Positions 38,830 to 49,517 of a DNA stretch of 64,000 nt are shown piece after piece; the first letter of the stretch is position 1, and the number at the start of each line of letters is the position of its first letter. The stretch comes from Bacteroidota bacterium (GTDB lineage: Bacteria; Bacteroidota; Bacteroidia; 2-12-FULL-35-15): positions 72,432 through 136,431 of the forward strand of contig CANJYB010000007.1 of assembly GCA_947479085.1 (NCBI GenBank), given 5' to 3'. The translations under genes and the position numbers were made by a program. A model generated the notes under the pieces. That model worked only from the letters and a program-made list of their open reading frames with translations, made no database searches and was not told the DNA's origin.

Positions 38830-41616
38830 ATGAAATTTAAAACTACACTATTATCATTAATCGCTATGTCGTTTATGGCAGTGGCATTTATAGCTTCAAA
38901 TAAAGTAAGCAATCCTGCAAAAGAACAAAACGAAGCTCGACAGGAGGGAATGGAAGACGATGCGTTGGAACGCATGAACTATGAATTGAGGCGATATGCA
39001 GACCCGGCTACCGGCAAAATCCCTGAAAATGTTCGTCAGAAAGAACTTGCTTATGCAGCAACTCTGCCTAATGATGGGGATGGAAGCCGTTCGAATCCTT
39101 TGGTATTTACCAATCGTGGTCCCTGGAATGTGGGTGGTCGTACACGTGCGTTTGGTGTAGATGTTAGTAATGAAAATCATTTGCTTGCCGGTTCCTGTTC
39201 AGGTGGAATGTGGCTTTCTTCTGACGGAGGAGCATCCTGGAGTATGACCAATACCAACTCTCAATTAAAAAATGCAAGTTGCCTGGCGCAGGACAAACGA
39301 CCTAATCATACAAATGTATGGTATTATGGAAGTGGCGAAGCTTACGGAGCATCCGCATCAGGAAGTGGAAGTAATTCCTATTATTTGGGCGATGGTATAT
39401 TTAAGTCTATAGATGGTGGTGCAAACTGGTCACCGATTGCAGCTACAGCAGGTGGTAATCCAGGAGGATTCACCACAGGATGGCAATTGGTTTGGGCTTT
39501 GGCAAACGATGTATCAGCTCCTGATACCGCAAGTATTATTTATGCGGCTATTTACGGTGGAGTATATAAAAGTGTAAATGGAGGTACTACCTGGGTAGGG
39601 GTAAAAACGGCAGCAAATACTTATTTTACCAATGTGGAGGTGGATACAGCAGGAACAGTTTACGCCACCCTCTCTGATGATGGTGGAGGTTCAAAAGGCA
39701 TCTGGCGTTCTCCAAATGGAACTACTTTTACGAAGATTACACCTCCTAATTTCCCTACGGTTTATAACAGGATAGTTTCAGGAATAAATCCCAATAACAG
39801 GAATGAGGTTTATTTCATGGCAAACACCCCGGGTTTTGGAAAACAAATCTTTGACTATTTAGGAAATCCACATTGGAATAGTTTATGGAAATACACTTAT
39901 TTGTCAGGCAATGGAGATAGTGCAGGTGGGGCATGGCAGGATTTATCGGTTAATTTACCAACCACCGGAAGTTTATTTGATGCTTTTCATACTCAGGATT
40001 CGTATGATATGGTGGTGAAAGTAAAACCGGGAAATTCGAATGTTGTTTTTATTGGAGGGACAAATGTATATCGTTCAACCTCCGGCTTCCAGGATTCCAC
40101 TCATACCACTTTTGTTGGCGGATACGAGCAAAATTCTCATTTGCCGGTTATTAACACCTATCTAAATCATCATCCTGACCAACATTGCCTGGAATTCCTG
40201 CCCTCTAATCCTGACGTAATGTTCAGTGCAAATGATGGCGGGGTATTTAAAACAAACAATAATACTGATTCTGTTACAGTTTGGCAATCATTGAACAATG
40301 GTTATTTAACCACCATGTTTTATACAGTTGCCATTGATCATGCTACTCCCAATAACGACATTATTATAGGAGGCGCTCAGGATAACGGAAGCTGGTACAC
40401 CAATAGTTCCAATCCTACAGTGCCTTGGGTAACCCCTCGAAGTGGTGATGGTTCTTATTGCGCTATTGCTGACAATCAAACCAATTATTATTTTTCTATT
40501 CAGCAGGGTAAAATGATGAAAGCAACTCTTAATGCAAGTGGTGGCATTACTTCGTATGCAAGGATAGACCCAAGAAATTTAAAGAAACCTGAATTTATTA
40601 ACCCATTTACCCTTGACCCGAATAACAATGACATTATGTATTTAGCAGGAGGTAAATATTTATGGAGAAATGATAATCTTGCAGGTATTCCTATGATTGG
40701 AAACTGGGATTCGATAAACACAAACTGGACACAATTTACTGATTCAGTTCCTACTGTTAATTCTGTTATTACTGCTGTTACTGCATGTAAAATCCCTGCT
40801 AACAGGGTGTATTATGGTACTGATAACAAAAGAATTTACAGGGTGGACAATGCCAATGTGGGAACGCCAACTCCTATTGATATTACCTCAACTACTACAA
40901 CTGCATTGTTTGCTGTTGGTGCATATTGCAGCAACATAGCAGTGGACCCGAGAGATGGAAATAAAGTCATGGCAATATTTTCCAACTATGGTACCTATAG
41001 TATTTTTTATTCTACTGATGGTGGAACAACCTGGGCAAAAGCAGGTGGAAACCTTGAAACGGCATCAGCAACAGCACCTTCCATTCGCTGGGCAAGTATT
41101 ATTCCTGTGGCGGACGGTACGGTGTATATGGTAGCAACCAGTACGGGCATGTATGCCACTGATACACTTATGGGTACAACCACTTCATGGGTGCAGCAAG
41201 GAACAAATACAATCGGTAATGCGGTATGTGATATGATTGATGTAAGAACTTCTGATGGATTAGTAGTAATAGCCACCCATGCAAATGGTATTTATTCCAC
41301 TCATGTTACTTCTGTAAATGATATCACCAGAATAAACGACATTGCAGAAAAAAGGAAAGAATTGAAATTATCTGCTTTTCCAAATCCGACAGCAGAGAAT
41401 TGTACAATTGAATTTACTTTAACTAAAAAATCAAAAGTAAACCTTCAGATATGGGATGAATGTGGTCGATTGGTAGAAACCTTAATTGACGAAATGCTTC
41501 CCGAAGGAAAACAAACCATTCAGTTTGACAGGAAAAATTTAAAAGCAGGTATTTATTATTATAGTTTAACAGCCGATAATAAAAGGAAGACGAACAAACT
41601 GGTGATAGTAAAGTAA
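38830..41616 (+). CDS. BNR/Asp-box repeat (sialidase/sortilin-like beta-propeller) protein with T9SS type-A C-terminal sorting domain
   Basis: 928 aa with signal peptide and multiple S-x-D-G-G-x-(T/S)-W Asp-boxes (SSDGGASWS, SIDGGANWS, SVNGGTTW, STDGGTTWA). The C-terminus (…LSAFPNPTAENCTIEF…YYYSLTADNKRKTNKLVIVK) is a T9SS CTD. Confidence 0.8.
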   Translation: MKFKTTLLSLIAMSFMAVAFIASNKVSNPAKEQNEARQEGMEDDALERMNYELRRYADPATGKIPENVRQKELAYAATLPNDGDGSRSNPLVFTNRGPWNVGGRTRAFGVDVSNENHLLAGSCSGGMWLSSDGGASWSMTNTNSQLKNASCLAQDKRPNHTNVWYYGSGEAYGASASGSGSNSYYLGDGIFKSIDGGANWSPIAATAGGNPGGFTTGWQLVWALANDVSAPDTASIIYAAIYGGVYKSVNGGTTWVGVKTAANTYFTNVEVDTAGTVYATLSDDGGGSKGIWRSPNGTTFTKITPPNFPTVYNRIVSGINPNNRNEVYFMANTPGFGKQIFDYLGNPHWNSLWKYTYLSGNGDSAGGAWQDLSVNLPTTGSLFDAFHTQDSYDMVVKVKPGNSNVVFIGGTNVYRSTSGFQDSTHTTFVGGYEQNSHLPVINTYLNHHPDQHCLEFLPSNPDVMFSANDGGVFKTNNNTDSVTVWQSLNNGYLTTMFYTVAIDHATPNNDIIIGGAQDNGSWYTNSSNPTVPWVTPRSGDGSYCAIADNQTNYYFSIQQGKMMKATLNASGGITSYARIDPRNLKKPEFINPFTLDPNNNDIMYLAGGKYLWRNDNLAGIPMIGNWDSINTNWTQFTDSVPTVNSVITAVTACKIPANRVYYGTDNKRIYRVDNANVGTPTPIDITSTTTTALFAVGAYCSNIAVDPRDGNKVMAIFSNYGTYSIFYSTDGGTTWAKAGGNLETASATAPSIRWASIIPVADGTVYMVATSTGMYATDTLMGTTTSWVQQGTNTIGNAVCDMIDVRTSDGLVVIATHANGIYSTHVTSVNDITRINDIAEKRKELKLSAFPNPTAENCTIEFTLTKKSKVNLQIWDECGRLVETLIDEMLPEGKQTIQFDRKNLKAGIYYYSLTADNKRKTNKLVIVK

Positions 41617-41711
41617 CTTTTAGATTTCTTGAGTTTTAGATTTTTAGAATTATTATATTGTACTATTTAGAGTTTGCAGACGTGTAAATAGGAAATTTTA
41701 TTATTAAGTAT

Positions 41712-42293
41712 ATGCCTTTTGATTTTTACAGTTGGATTACATTACCGCTGATCATTTTCTTTTCCAGAATATGTGATGTCAGTTTGGGAACCATCAGGCA
41801 TGTTTTTATATCCAAAGGGTTCAGAAAAATAGTGCCTGTGCTTGGTTTTTTTGAGGTGTTAATTTGGATTGTGGTGGTGGCCCAGGTAATGAAAAACCTT
41901 AATAATTGGGCCTGCTACCTGGCATGGGCAGGTGGTTTTGCCTCCGGAACATATATTGGTTTGCAGATTGAAGAAAAACTTGCCTTAGGCTTGCAGGTTA
42001 TACGTATTATTACCAACCAAAACTGTGATGATTTGCTGGCTGCATTAAAAAAAGATAATCATGGAATTACAGTTGTAGAAGGTCAGGGTGGCATGGGGCC
42101 TGTTAAAATGATTTTTACAATTATTAAAAGAAAAAATGTGGGAGCTGTGGTATCCATCATTCAACAATATAATCCGTCTGCATTTTTTTCTATAGAAGAT
42201 ATTCGAAATGCCAATCAGGGTGTATTTACAGAAAACCCGAGAAAAGGTTTTTCCTCCATTCGCAAGTTGTTTTCTACCCGAAAAGGGAAATAA
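41712..42293 (+). CDS. DUF2179/UPF0316-family membrane protein
   Basis: 193 aa with N-terminal TM helices and a C-terminal DUF2179-like domain (…ITVVEGQGGMG…). Confidence 0.65.
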   Translation: MPFDFYSWITLPLIIFFSRICDVSLGTIRHVFISKGFRKIVPVLGFFEVLIWIVVVAQVMKNLNNWACYLAWAGGFASGTYIGLQIEEKLALGLQVIRIITNQNCDDLLAALKKDNHGITVVEGQGGMGPVKMIFTIIKRKNVGAVVSIIQQYNPSAFFSIEDIRNANQGVFTENPRKGFSSIRKLFSTRKGK

Positions 42294-42295
42294 AT

Positions 42296-42721
42296 ATGAA
42301 AGCACTATTGAAAGTAATAGCCATCTCTCTTTTTTTCATTATTTCAATTCCGGCTTTGTCGCAATCACAAAAATTGCAATACAACAACGAACGGATGGAA
42401 GCAATGATTAAAAGAGATTCTGCCAAACTGGATGCCATACTGGCAGATGATTTAATTTATATCCATTCCAATGGCTTAGTTGAAAACAAATCACAGCATA
42501 TTCATAATATTATGTCCGGAAAAATAATCTATATAAATATGGAGGTAAAAGAGAATAGCCGGAAGGATTATGGAAAAACTGAAATTATTAATGGACTGGT
42601 TGAAGTTTCTGGCAAATACGATGGTAAAGATTTTAAGGTTAAGTTGCGATTTACGGAAGTGAACAGGAAGCGTAAAAACAAATGGCAGCTTGTCAATTGG
42701 CAATCAACAAAGGTGGATTAA
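42296..42721 (+). CDS. NTF2-like/DUF4440 family secreted protein
   Basis: 141 aa with signal peptide and an SnoaL/NTF2-like fold pattern (…DDLIYIHSNGLVENKSQHI…KWQLVNWQST). Confidence 0.55.
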   Translation: MKALLKVIAISLFFIISIPALSQSQKLQYNNERMEAMIKRDSAKLDAILADDLIYIHSNGLVENKSQHIHNIMSGKIIYINMEVKENSRKDYGKTEIINGLVEVSGKYDGKDFKVKLRFTEVNRKRKNKWQLVNWQSTKVD

Positions 42722-42854
42722 TGAATGTATCTTTAAGTAATTTACTCCATCTGAAAAAAATATTTACTTTTGCATTAAACCTTTATAATTTAGGTTCGTC
42801 ATAGAAACAATAAATAGCAAAACAATAAATTAATTTAACTAAAAAAAGAAAACA

Positions 42855-43700
42855 ATGAAAACTAAAAATTTAATGAAATACCTTTCGGTAGTAGCTATTG
42901 TAGGTATACTTTTTGCTTCATGTAAGAAAAAAACAGAAGATGAAACAGACAAAGACACCGCAGCATCGTCTGACAATGCACTTGCAGAAGGAGTATATAG
43001 CGATGTAAATAACATTGCTGATCAGGCTTCTTCAGGAACACTTACTTCTTATTTAGCTCCTCCAACTTCAGGAGAAAAAGGATTGTTGAGTACCTGTGCC
43101 ATTGTAACCATCAACACTACTGTTAATCCGCATACCATCACTGTTGATTTTGGTTCTACCAATTGCTTGTGTTCGGACAACAGATACCGCAGAGGTATAA
43201 TTAATATCTCGTATACCGGTCTGTACCGCGATTCAGCTTCTACTCATACCATTTCATTTACAAATTACTATGTAAACGATAACAAAATAATGGGAACTAA
43301 AACTGTTACCAATAATGGTCATAATGCTGCCGGTCATTTAACATTCTCTATCCAAGTAAACGGAACTATTATTAAGGCTAACAATGGAGGAACAATTACC
43401 TGGACATCAACCCGCACAAGAGAATGGGTTGGTGGAGAAAGTACCACTACAATCTGGTCGGATGATGAGTACTTAATTTCAGGTACCGCTTCAGGAACTA
43501 ATGCTTCGGGCAACAGTTATACTGCCGCAACTACAAGTGCTTTGGATGTTAAATTAAATTGTCATTATATCGTTGCCGGTGGTTTTTCTATAACACCAAA
43601 TGGCAAAGCTACACGCTACATTGATTTTGGAAACGGAAGTTGTGACGATCAGGCTACCGTTACTATTAATGGTAATGTTTATAACATCACTTTGCATTAA
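42855..43700 (+). CDS. hypothetical lipoprotein
   Basis: 281 aa; lipobox …ILFASCKKK; Thr/Asn/Gly-rich. Confidence 0.55.
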   Translation: MKTKNLMKYLSVVAIVGILFASCKKKTEDETDKDTAASSDNALAEGVYSDVNNIADQASSGTLTSYLAPPTSGEKGLLSTCAIVTINTTVNPHTITVDFGSTNCLCSDNRYRRGIINISYTGLYRDSASTHTISFTNYYVNDNKIMGTKTVTNNGHNAAGHLTFSIQVNGTIIKANNGGTITWTSTRTREWVGGESTTTIWSDDEYLISGTASGTNASGNSYTAATTSALDVKLNCHYIVAGGFSITPNGKATRYIDFGNGSCDDQATVTINGNVYNITLH

Positions 43701-43729
43701 TCCACATTTATTAACCTTTAAAAAATCCT

Positions 43730-43758
43730 GCTGTTAAACAATAGCAGGATTTTTTTTT
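43730..43758 (+). terminator. rho-independent terminator
   Basis: AAAAAATCCTGCTGTTaaacaaTAGCAGGATTTTTTTTTG. Confidence 0.8.
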
Positions 43759-43839
43759 GCCAAAAAATGATGCTGCTTTTATGTAAGAGATAGCCCTATT
43801 AAGATATGAAGTACAATAAAGTTATATAAAATGGATAAA

Positions 43840-43960
43840 TCAATTATATAAAACATATAAGTTTATTATATAAAACATATAAGTTTATTATATAAAATGA
43901 CTAACACTATTATATAAAGCATATAAGTTTATTATATAAAATAATTAATTAATATAAATG
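43840..43960. repeat. AT-rich imperfect tandem repeat (about 26 bp unit, CATATAAGTTTATTATATAAAA, 3 copies) in an 840 bp gene-poor spacer
   Basis: Seen directly. Confidence 0.5.
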
Positions 43961-44543
43961 AAAAGGTGAAATATTAGGTTACCGTTCCTGGAAAGCAAAC
44001 CAAGATTCTTTTTAGGGACAAAATTGAGAGTTCTTAAAACTATGCAACCCATTAATATAAGTGAAATGGCAATTACTATAACTGATAATTATCTAATAAT
44101 AAGGATTAATTATGTAATAATCAGGAATAATTATGGCCTTACTTTTGCCATGTACTAAATAATAAAACAATTAAAAAAATAAAAATATGAGAGCTAAAAA
44201 AGTAATTCCGGCACAACAGGAAAACCTGTTGAAAAAAATAAAAGTAAGATTAGACTATAAAACAGTAGTCATTATTAACCGCATTGCATCTTTCGATACC
44301 TGGAAAAAATTATATCCGGAAGCGAAAATAATCAGTTAATACCAACTGCAAAATAAAGCCCTGCGGACAAGAGTTCGCAGGGTGGCTTTTGTAAAGATAC
44401 CGTTACATGGTAACTGTATCTAAATGGCTTGCCAAAATTGCGGGTGCACAGAATGCCTGCTTTAAACAATTATCCCCTTTATTTGTTTATTTTTGATAAA
44501 TTTGCCGCCCCTGAAAAAAGGCGCATAACTAATTTCTATTCAA

Positions 44544-44969
44544 TTGGAAAAACAATTAATAAATAACACTGAAACCCAAGTAAGGTTTAGTGAGGTGGAT
44601 GCGCTTGGGATAGTGTGGCACGGGCATTATGTAAAATTTATGGAAGATGGCCGGGAGGCTTTTGGTAAGCAGTTTGGCCTGGCTTACCTCGATGTTTACG
44701 GGCATGGGTTTGCCACCCCCATTGTTCACATGGCGCTTGATTATAAAAAGACAGTGAAATATGGCGATAGTGTAAGGATAGAAACCAGTTTTATCGATTC
44801 GCCTGCGGCAAAAATAATATTTAAGTACCGCATCTTTAGGCTAAGTGATGGGGAACTGGTGGCGGAAGCCGAAACGATACAGGTTTTTATTAATATGCAG
44901 CACGAGTTGTTTATTACCGTTCCGGAGTTTTTTGCGGAATGGAAAAGGAAAAATAAGTTAACAGAATAA
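44544..44969 (+). CDS. acyl-CoA thioesterase, 4-hydroxybenzoyl-CoA thioesterase/YbgC family (hotdog fold)
   Basis: 141 aa; …VRFSEVDALGIVWHGHYVKFMEDGREAF… is a hotdog thioesterase motif. First gene of the KS/ACP cluster. Confidence 0.75.
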   Translation: MEKQLINNTETQVRFSEVDALGIVWHGHYVKFMEDGREAFGKQFGLAYLDVYGHGFATPIVHMALDYKKTVKYGDSVRIETSFIDSPAAKIIFKYRIFRLSDGELVAEAETIQVFINMQHELFITVPEFFAEWKRKNKLTE

Positions 44970-45068
44970 GGGCCTCACCCCTTAAGCCCCTCTCCAAAGG
45001 AGAGAGGTAACAGGTGAGAAGAAAAGATATACTTTGTTTCAAAAAACAGTTAAGAATTTTAATAAAAA

Positions 45069-46229
45069 ATGAACGTTTATATAGCAGCAGATAACATCGT
45101 TTCGCCACTTGGGTTTACCAGTGACGAAAATTTTGAGCGGCTCAAACAAATGGAAACCGGTGTAAAGCTCATTTCGGGCTCCTCGCTTTCGGTGGAAGAT
45201 GTATTTGCAAGTGTGATAGACGATGAGCAGCTGGAAAAGGAGTTTCAGAAGCTTCATGCAGGGCAAGAATATACAAAGCTTGAAAAAATGGTGCTGCTTT
45301 CGGTAACGGATGCTCTGAAACAAAATAAAAACATTGACATTACCAGCTCCAAAACGTTGATTATACTTAGTACTACCAAGGGAAATATTGATTTGCTAGG
45401 CAAAGAGGAAGGAAACAGGTTTGATAAAAAAAGAGTGTACCTTTGGGAAACGGCAAATGTTATAGGGAAGTATTTTAACAACCCGAACCAGCCCGTGGTT
45501 ATTTCAAATGCCTGCGTATCGGGTGTGCTGGCCATAATTACCGGCAAAAGATTGTTGGAAGAAGGGAATTACGATACCATGGTGGTGGCCGGTGTGGATA
45601 TTATGACTCATTTTGTGGTGTCGGGGTTTCAATCGTTTAAGGCGGTGAGCAACGAGATTGCAAAACCTTACGATGCAAGCCGTAATGGCATTTCACTGGG
45701 AGAAGGTTGCGGTACAGTAATACTTACAAATGATAAGCAGAAGGTGGATAATCTGGAAATGAAAATAAAGGTTATGGGTGGAGCAAGTTCTAATGATGCC
45801 AACCATATTTCGGGACCATCACGAACAGGGGATGGATTATTACTAGCCATTGAAAAGACATTAAAGGATTCAGGAGTTACTGCTTCGGAAATAGATTACA
45901 TCTCGGGACATGGCACTGCTACCATTTTTAATGACGACATGGAATCGCTGGCAGTGACAGATGCAAAGTTGGCAGAAGTACCCATGAATAGTTTGAAAAG
46001 TTATTTCGGTCATACACTGGGTGCTGCAGGAGTAATAGAATCCATTGTGGGTATTCATTCGATGCGGAAAAGTATGCTGATAGGAACTTATAATTTTAAA
46101 GAGTTGGGAGTAACTGCTCCGATAAACATTATCAGGGATACAAAGGAGTTGGAAATAACTAATTGCCTTAAAACAGCTGCGGGATTTGGAGGATGCAATG
46201 CGGCTGTTTTGTTTCAGAAAGAAAATTGA
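45069..46229 (+). CDS. beta-ketoacyl-ACP synthase (KS) family protein
   Basis: 386 aa; active-site region …VISNACVSGV…; C-terminal …SGHGTAT…, …GHTLGAAG… are KAS motifs. Confidence 0.8.
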   Translation: MNVYIAADNIVSPLGFTSDENFERLKQMETGVKLISGSSLSVEDVFASVIDDEQLEKEFQKLHAGQEYTKLEKMVLLSVTDALKQNKNIDITSSKTLIILSTTKGNIDLLGKEEGNRFDKKRVYLWETANVIGKYFNNPNQPVVISNACVSGVLAIITGKRLLEEGNYDTMVVAGVDIMTHFVVSGFQSFKAVSNEIAKPYDASRNGISLGEGCGTVILTNDKQKVDNLEMKIKVMGGASSNDANHISGPSRTGDGLLLAIEKTLKDSGVTASEIDYISGHGTATIFNDDMESLAVTDAKLAEVPMNSLKSYFGHTLGAAGVIESIVGIHSMRKSMLIGTYNFKELGVTAPINIIRDTKELEITNCLKTAAGFGGCNAAVLFQKEN

Positions 46230-46889
46230 TTGAACGTAATGAACAATTATATAACTGCAGTTTGTGCAATTAAGAACGGAAAGGTGATGATCAATGATAA
46301 AGTTGATTTTACCAATAATGCTGCTGGGTCTGATGTTGATTTTTTAAAATCTGTTTACTTGCATTACCAGGTAAGTTATCCTAAGTTTTATAAAATGGAT
46401 AGCTTATGTAAACTGGCGATGGTGGCTTCGGAACTTTTAATAAAAACGAATAAAATAACAGAGAGGTATAAGTCGGAAGACATTGCAATTGTTATCGCCA
46501 ACAGTGGTTCGTCACTGGAAGTGGATACGGAACATCAAAAGGCTATTTCGGATAAAGTAAATTATTTTCCAAGCCCTGCAGTATTTGTTTATACCCTGCC
46601 AAATATACTGATTGGAGAGATTGCCATCAGAAATAAAATAAAAGGAGAAAATACTTTCTTTATTTTTGATAAATTTGATGCAGAATTTATGAGTTCGTAT
46701 GTCAATTCACTTTTGAACAGTAATAAAGAGGAATGCTGTATTACAGGTTGGGTGGAGTTTTATGACAACAATTACGAAGCTTTTTTAATAACAGTGGAGA
46801 AAAACAAGGAAGGGAATTTAAACATAACGAATACAAAGGAAGAATTAACTAAATTATATATAAACCAGGCTCAGCTTGCTGCTTCGTAA
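46230..46889 (+). CDS. KS N-terminal-like / chain-length-factor-like protein of aryl-polyene-type clusters
   Basis: 219 aa; start overlaps the previous stop (TGATTGAACGTAATG context). Weak KS-like N-terminal similarity; position conserved in APE/flexirubin clusters. Confidence 0.45.
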   Translation: MNVMNNYITAVCAIKNGKVMINDKVDFTNNAAGSDVDFLKSVYLHYQVSYPKFYKMDSLCKLAMVASELLIKTNKITERYKSEDIAIVIANSGSSLEVDTEHQKAISDKVNYFPSPAVFVYTLPNILIGEIAIRNKIKGENTFFIFDKFDAEFMSSYVNSLLNSNKEECCITGWVEFYDNNYEAFLITVEKNKEGNLNITNTKEELTKLYINQAQLAAS

Positions 46890-46921
46890 GAAGAGAAAGG
46901 GAAAGAGCTATTAAAACAGAA

Positions 46922-47179
46922 ATGATGACAGAATTAATGGACAAATTAAAAGGTGAAATTATTACCCAATTGAACCTGGAAGATTTAAAAAAAGAAGATA
47001 TCTCTGACGATTCTCCTTTATTTGGAGACGGGTTAGGATTGGATTCAATTGATGCTTTGGAATTAATAGTATTGCTCGAAAAAAACTACGGGATTAAAAT
47101 AGCCAACCCGGCAGATGGAAAGAAAATTTTCCAAACCATCCGCACCATGGCCGAATACATAGAAGCAAACAAAAAATAG
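46922..47179 (+). CDS. acyl carrier protein
   Basis: 85 aa; …LGLDSIDALELIVLLE… phosphopantetheine attachment (DSxD) motif. Confidence 0.85.
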   Translation: MMTELMDKLKGEIITQLNLEDLKKEDISDDSPLFGDGLGLDSIDALELIVLLEKNYGIKIANPADGKKIFQTIRTMAEYIEANKK

Positions 47180-47213
47180 TTTTTTGAACGAACGAATAAT
47201 TGGCAATTAATGA

Positions 47214-48431
47214 TTGACAATTAAAATGATGGATAAAAATATATACGTAACAGGTATTGGAATTATTTCAGCCATTGGAGACAATGTGGCCGAAACGCTT
47301 GATTCTGTGAGAAAACAAAAATCAGGTATCGGTTCATTGGATAATATTGAAACAAGGCATAAGAATGATATCCCGGTAGGAGAAGTAAAGCATACCAATG
47401 CAGAATTAAGTAAACTGCTTGGGTTTTCTCCTGAAACAAAAATTACCCGCACCACGCTATTAGGAATTGTGGCAGCTAAGGAAGCCATGGAAAGTGCCGG
47501 AATAAAAGATGTTAAGGAATTCAGAACCGGTTTAATTTCTGCCAATAGTGTAGGTGGTATGGCTATGACTGAGATGTATTATAAAGATTTTCTGAATCCT
47601 GAAAAGAAAGGAGATTTTGTTGATTATATTTTGAATCACGATTGTGGTGACAGTACAGAAGCGATTGCAAATGTATTGGGAATAAAAGATCATATCTCTA
47701 CCATCAGTACCGCCTGTTCATCTTCTGCCAATTCCATTATGCTTGGCGCAAGGTTGATTAAAAACAATATTGTGGACAGGGTGATAGTAGGTGGAACAGA
47801 TTCTTTATCCAAATTTACCATCAATGGATTTATGACATTGATGATACTTGACAAGGAAAAATGCAAACCATTTGACGCAGAGCGGAAAGGATTGAACCTG
47901 GGCGAAGGTGCAGGTTTTATAGTTCTGGAATCGGAAAAAGCAGCAGCGGGAAAAGAAATACTTTGCGAACTTTCAGGCTATGGCAATGCCAATGATGCCT
48001 ACCACCAAACTGCTTCTTCCCCTACAGGAGAAGGTGCTTATCTGGCAATGGAAAAAGCATTTAAAGTAAGCGGTTTAAAACCTGCTGATATTGATTATAT
48101 CAATGCACACGGCACGGGTACAGGTGTTAACGACTTATCCGAAGGAACAGCAATTGAAAGATTATTTGGAAATAAAGTACCTGCCATTAGTTCTACCAAA
48201 GCATTTACGGGGCATACGTTAGGTGCATGTGGAGGTATAGAAGCTGTTCTCTCCGTATTGGCCATAAAATATAATATGGTTTATCCTAATTTAAACTTGG
48301 TTCACCAGATGAGTGAATTAACATTTACTCCTGTTAAAGAGCTGAGCACAGATAAACCCATTAACCATGTTTTGTCCAATTCATTTGGTTTTGGGGGCAA
48401 TTCATCTGCATTAATTTTTTCACGACATTAA
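47214..48431 (+). CDS. beta-ketoacyl-ACP synthase II-like (FabF family)
   Basis: 405 aa; Cys active site …STISTACSSSANSI…; …NAHGTGTGVND…, …GHTLGACGG… His motifs. The true start may be the MMDKN… ATG about 12 nt downstream. Confidence 0.85.
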   Translation: MTIKMMDKNIYVTGIGIISAIGDNVAETLDSVRKQKSGIGSLDNIETRHKNDIPVGEVKHTNAELSKLLGFSPETKITRTTLLGIVAAKEAMESAGIKDVKEFRTGLISANSVGGMAMTEMYYKDFLNPEKKGDFVDYILNHDCGDSTEAIANVLGIKDHISTISTACSSSANSIMLGARLIKNNIVDRVIVGGTDSLSKFTINGFMTLMILDKEKCKPFDAERKGLNLGEGAGFIVLESEKAAAGKEILCELSGYGNANDAYHQTASSPTGEGAYLAMEKAFKVSGLKPADIDYINAHGTGTGVNDLSEGTAIERLFGNKVPAISSTKAFTGHTLGACGGIEAVLSVLAIKYNMVYPNLNLVHQMSELTFTPVKELSTDKPINHVLSNSFGFGGNSSALIFSRH

Positions 48432-48434
48432 TTT

Positions 48435-49499
48435 ATGGAGGCATACATAAGAGGAACCGGAATCGTTTCCCCGCAAAAAACATTTAATACACATGACTTT
48501 TTAACGGAACCGGTTGAATATACTACCAATTCGTTAAGATGCATTGAGCCTGTTTATACTGAATTCCTGAACCCTATACTCGCAAGGAGAATGGGCAGGA
48601 TAATTAAAATGGGAATAGCTGCCTCTTCCATCTGTCTTAAAGACGGTGGAGTGCCCATACCGGATGCTATAATTACTGGTACAGCATTGGGATGCCATGA
48701 GGATACCGAAAAATTTCTTTTGGCTATTATTGATAACGAGGAACAATTTCTTACCCCTACTTCGTTTATGCAGTCTACCCATAACACCGTAAGTTCGCAG
48801 ATTGCACTGCAACTGAAATGCATGAATTATAATTTCACTTATGTACATAAAGGATTTTCGTTTGAAAGTGCTTTATTGGATGGTATGATGATGTTGGAAG
48901 AAGCTGGTATACATAATGTGTTGATTGGCGGACATGATGAAATGACAGAGAAACATTTTAAGATTACCAGTCGCGTGGGCTATTGGAAAGAAGAAAATGT
49001 TCCTACTATGGAAATTATTAACAGTAAAACGGAAGGCAGTATATCAGGCGAAGGGGCTGGTTTCTTTTTATTAAGCAATCAAAAAAGTGAAACGGATTAT
49101 GCAAAGCTTCTTGCGGTAAAAATGATTTATCAGCCGGAAAACCAAAAGGATGTTCAATCAGAAATTATAGAATTATTAAAAGAGAAAAATCTTACTCCCG
49201 AAGACATTGATTGTGTAATGTATGGTATAAGCGGAGATGTAAGGTTTGATGATATTTATTACAATTTACAAAAGGCAGTTTTCGGTAACAGTACTTCGGT
49301 TTATTTTAAACATTTATCGGGGGAATACCAGACAGTAAGTAGTTTTGCAATGTGGGAAGCGGCTATGATTTTAAAAACACAGACTATTCCTGTATGCATT
49401 TTAATAGGTGAAAATAAAAAGAAGGAAATAAAGAATGTGCTTATTTACAATACCTATATGAATACCTATCATACGGTTTCCCTGCTTTCTAAATGTTAG
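48435..49499 (+). CDS. KS-like protein (second KS/CLF-type partner)
   Basis: 354 aa with KS fold similarity (…ITGTALGCHEDTEKF…) and no obvious Cys-His-His triad. Confidence 0.6.
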   Translation: MEAYIRGTGIVSPQKTFNTHDFLTEPVEYTTNSLRCIEPVYTEFLNPILARRMGRIIKMGIAASSICLKDGGVPIPDAIITGTALGCHEDTEKFLLAIIDNEEQFLTPTSFMQSTHNTVSSQIALQLKCMNYNFTYVHKGFSFESALLDGMMMLEEAGIHNVLIGGHDEMTEKHFKITSRVGYWKEENVPTMEIINSKTEGSISGEGAGFFLLSNQKSETDYAKLLAVKMIYQPENQKDVQSEIIELLKEKNLTPEDIDCVMYGISGDVRFDDIYYNLQKAVFGNSTSVYFKHLSGEYQTVSSFAMWEAAMILKTQTIPVCILIGENKKKEIKNVLIYNTYMNTYHTVSLLSKC

Positions 49500-49517
49500 G
49501 CCAATAACATTTCTTCA

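Noticed and set aside
43700-43760. TTAATCCACA near the AT-rich repeats as a possible DnaA box or oriC
   Set aside because: There is a one-base insertion relative to TTATCCACA, only a single copy, and no dnaA/dnaN nearby. It is better explained as a terminator region plus promoter spacer.
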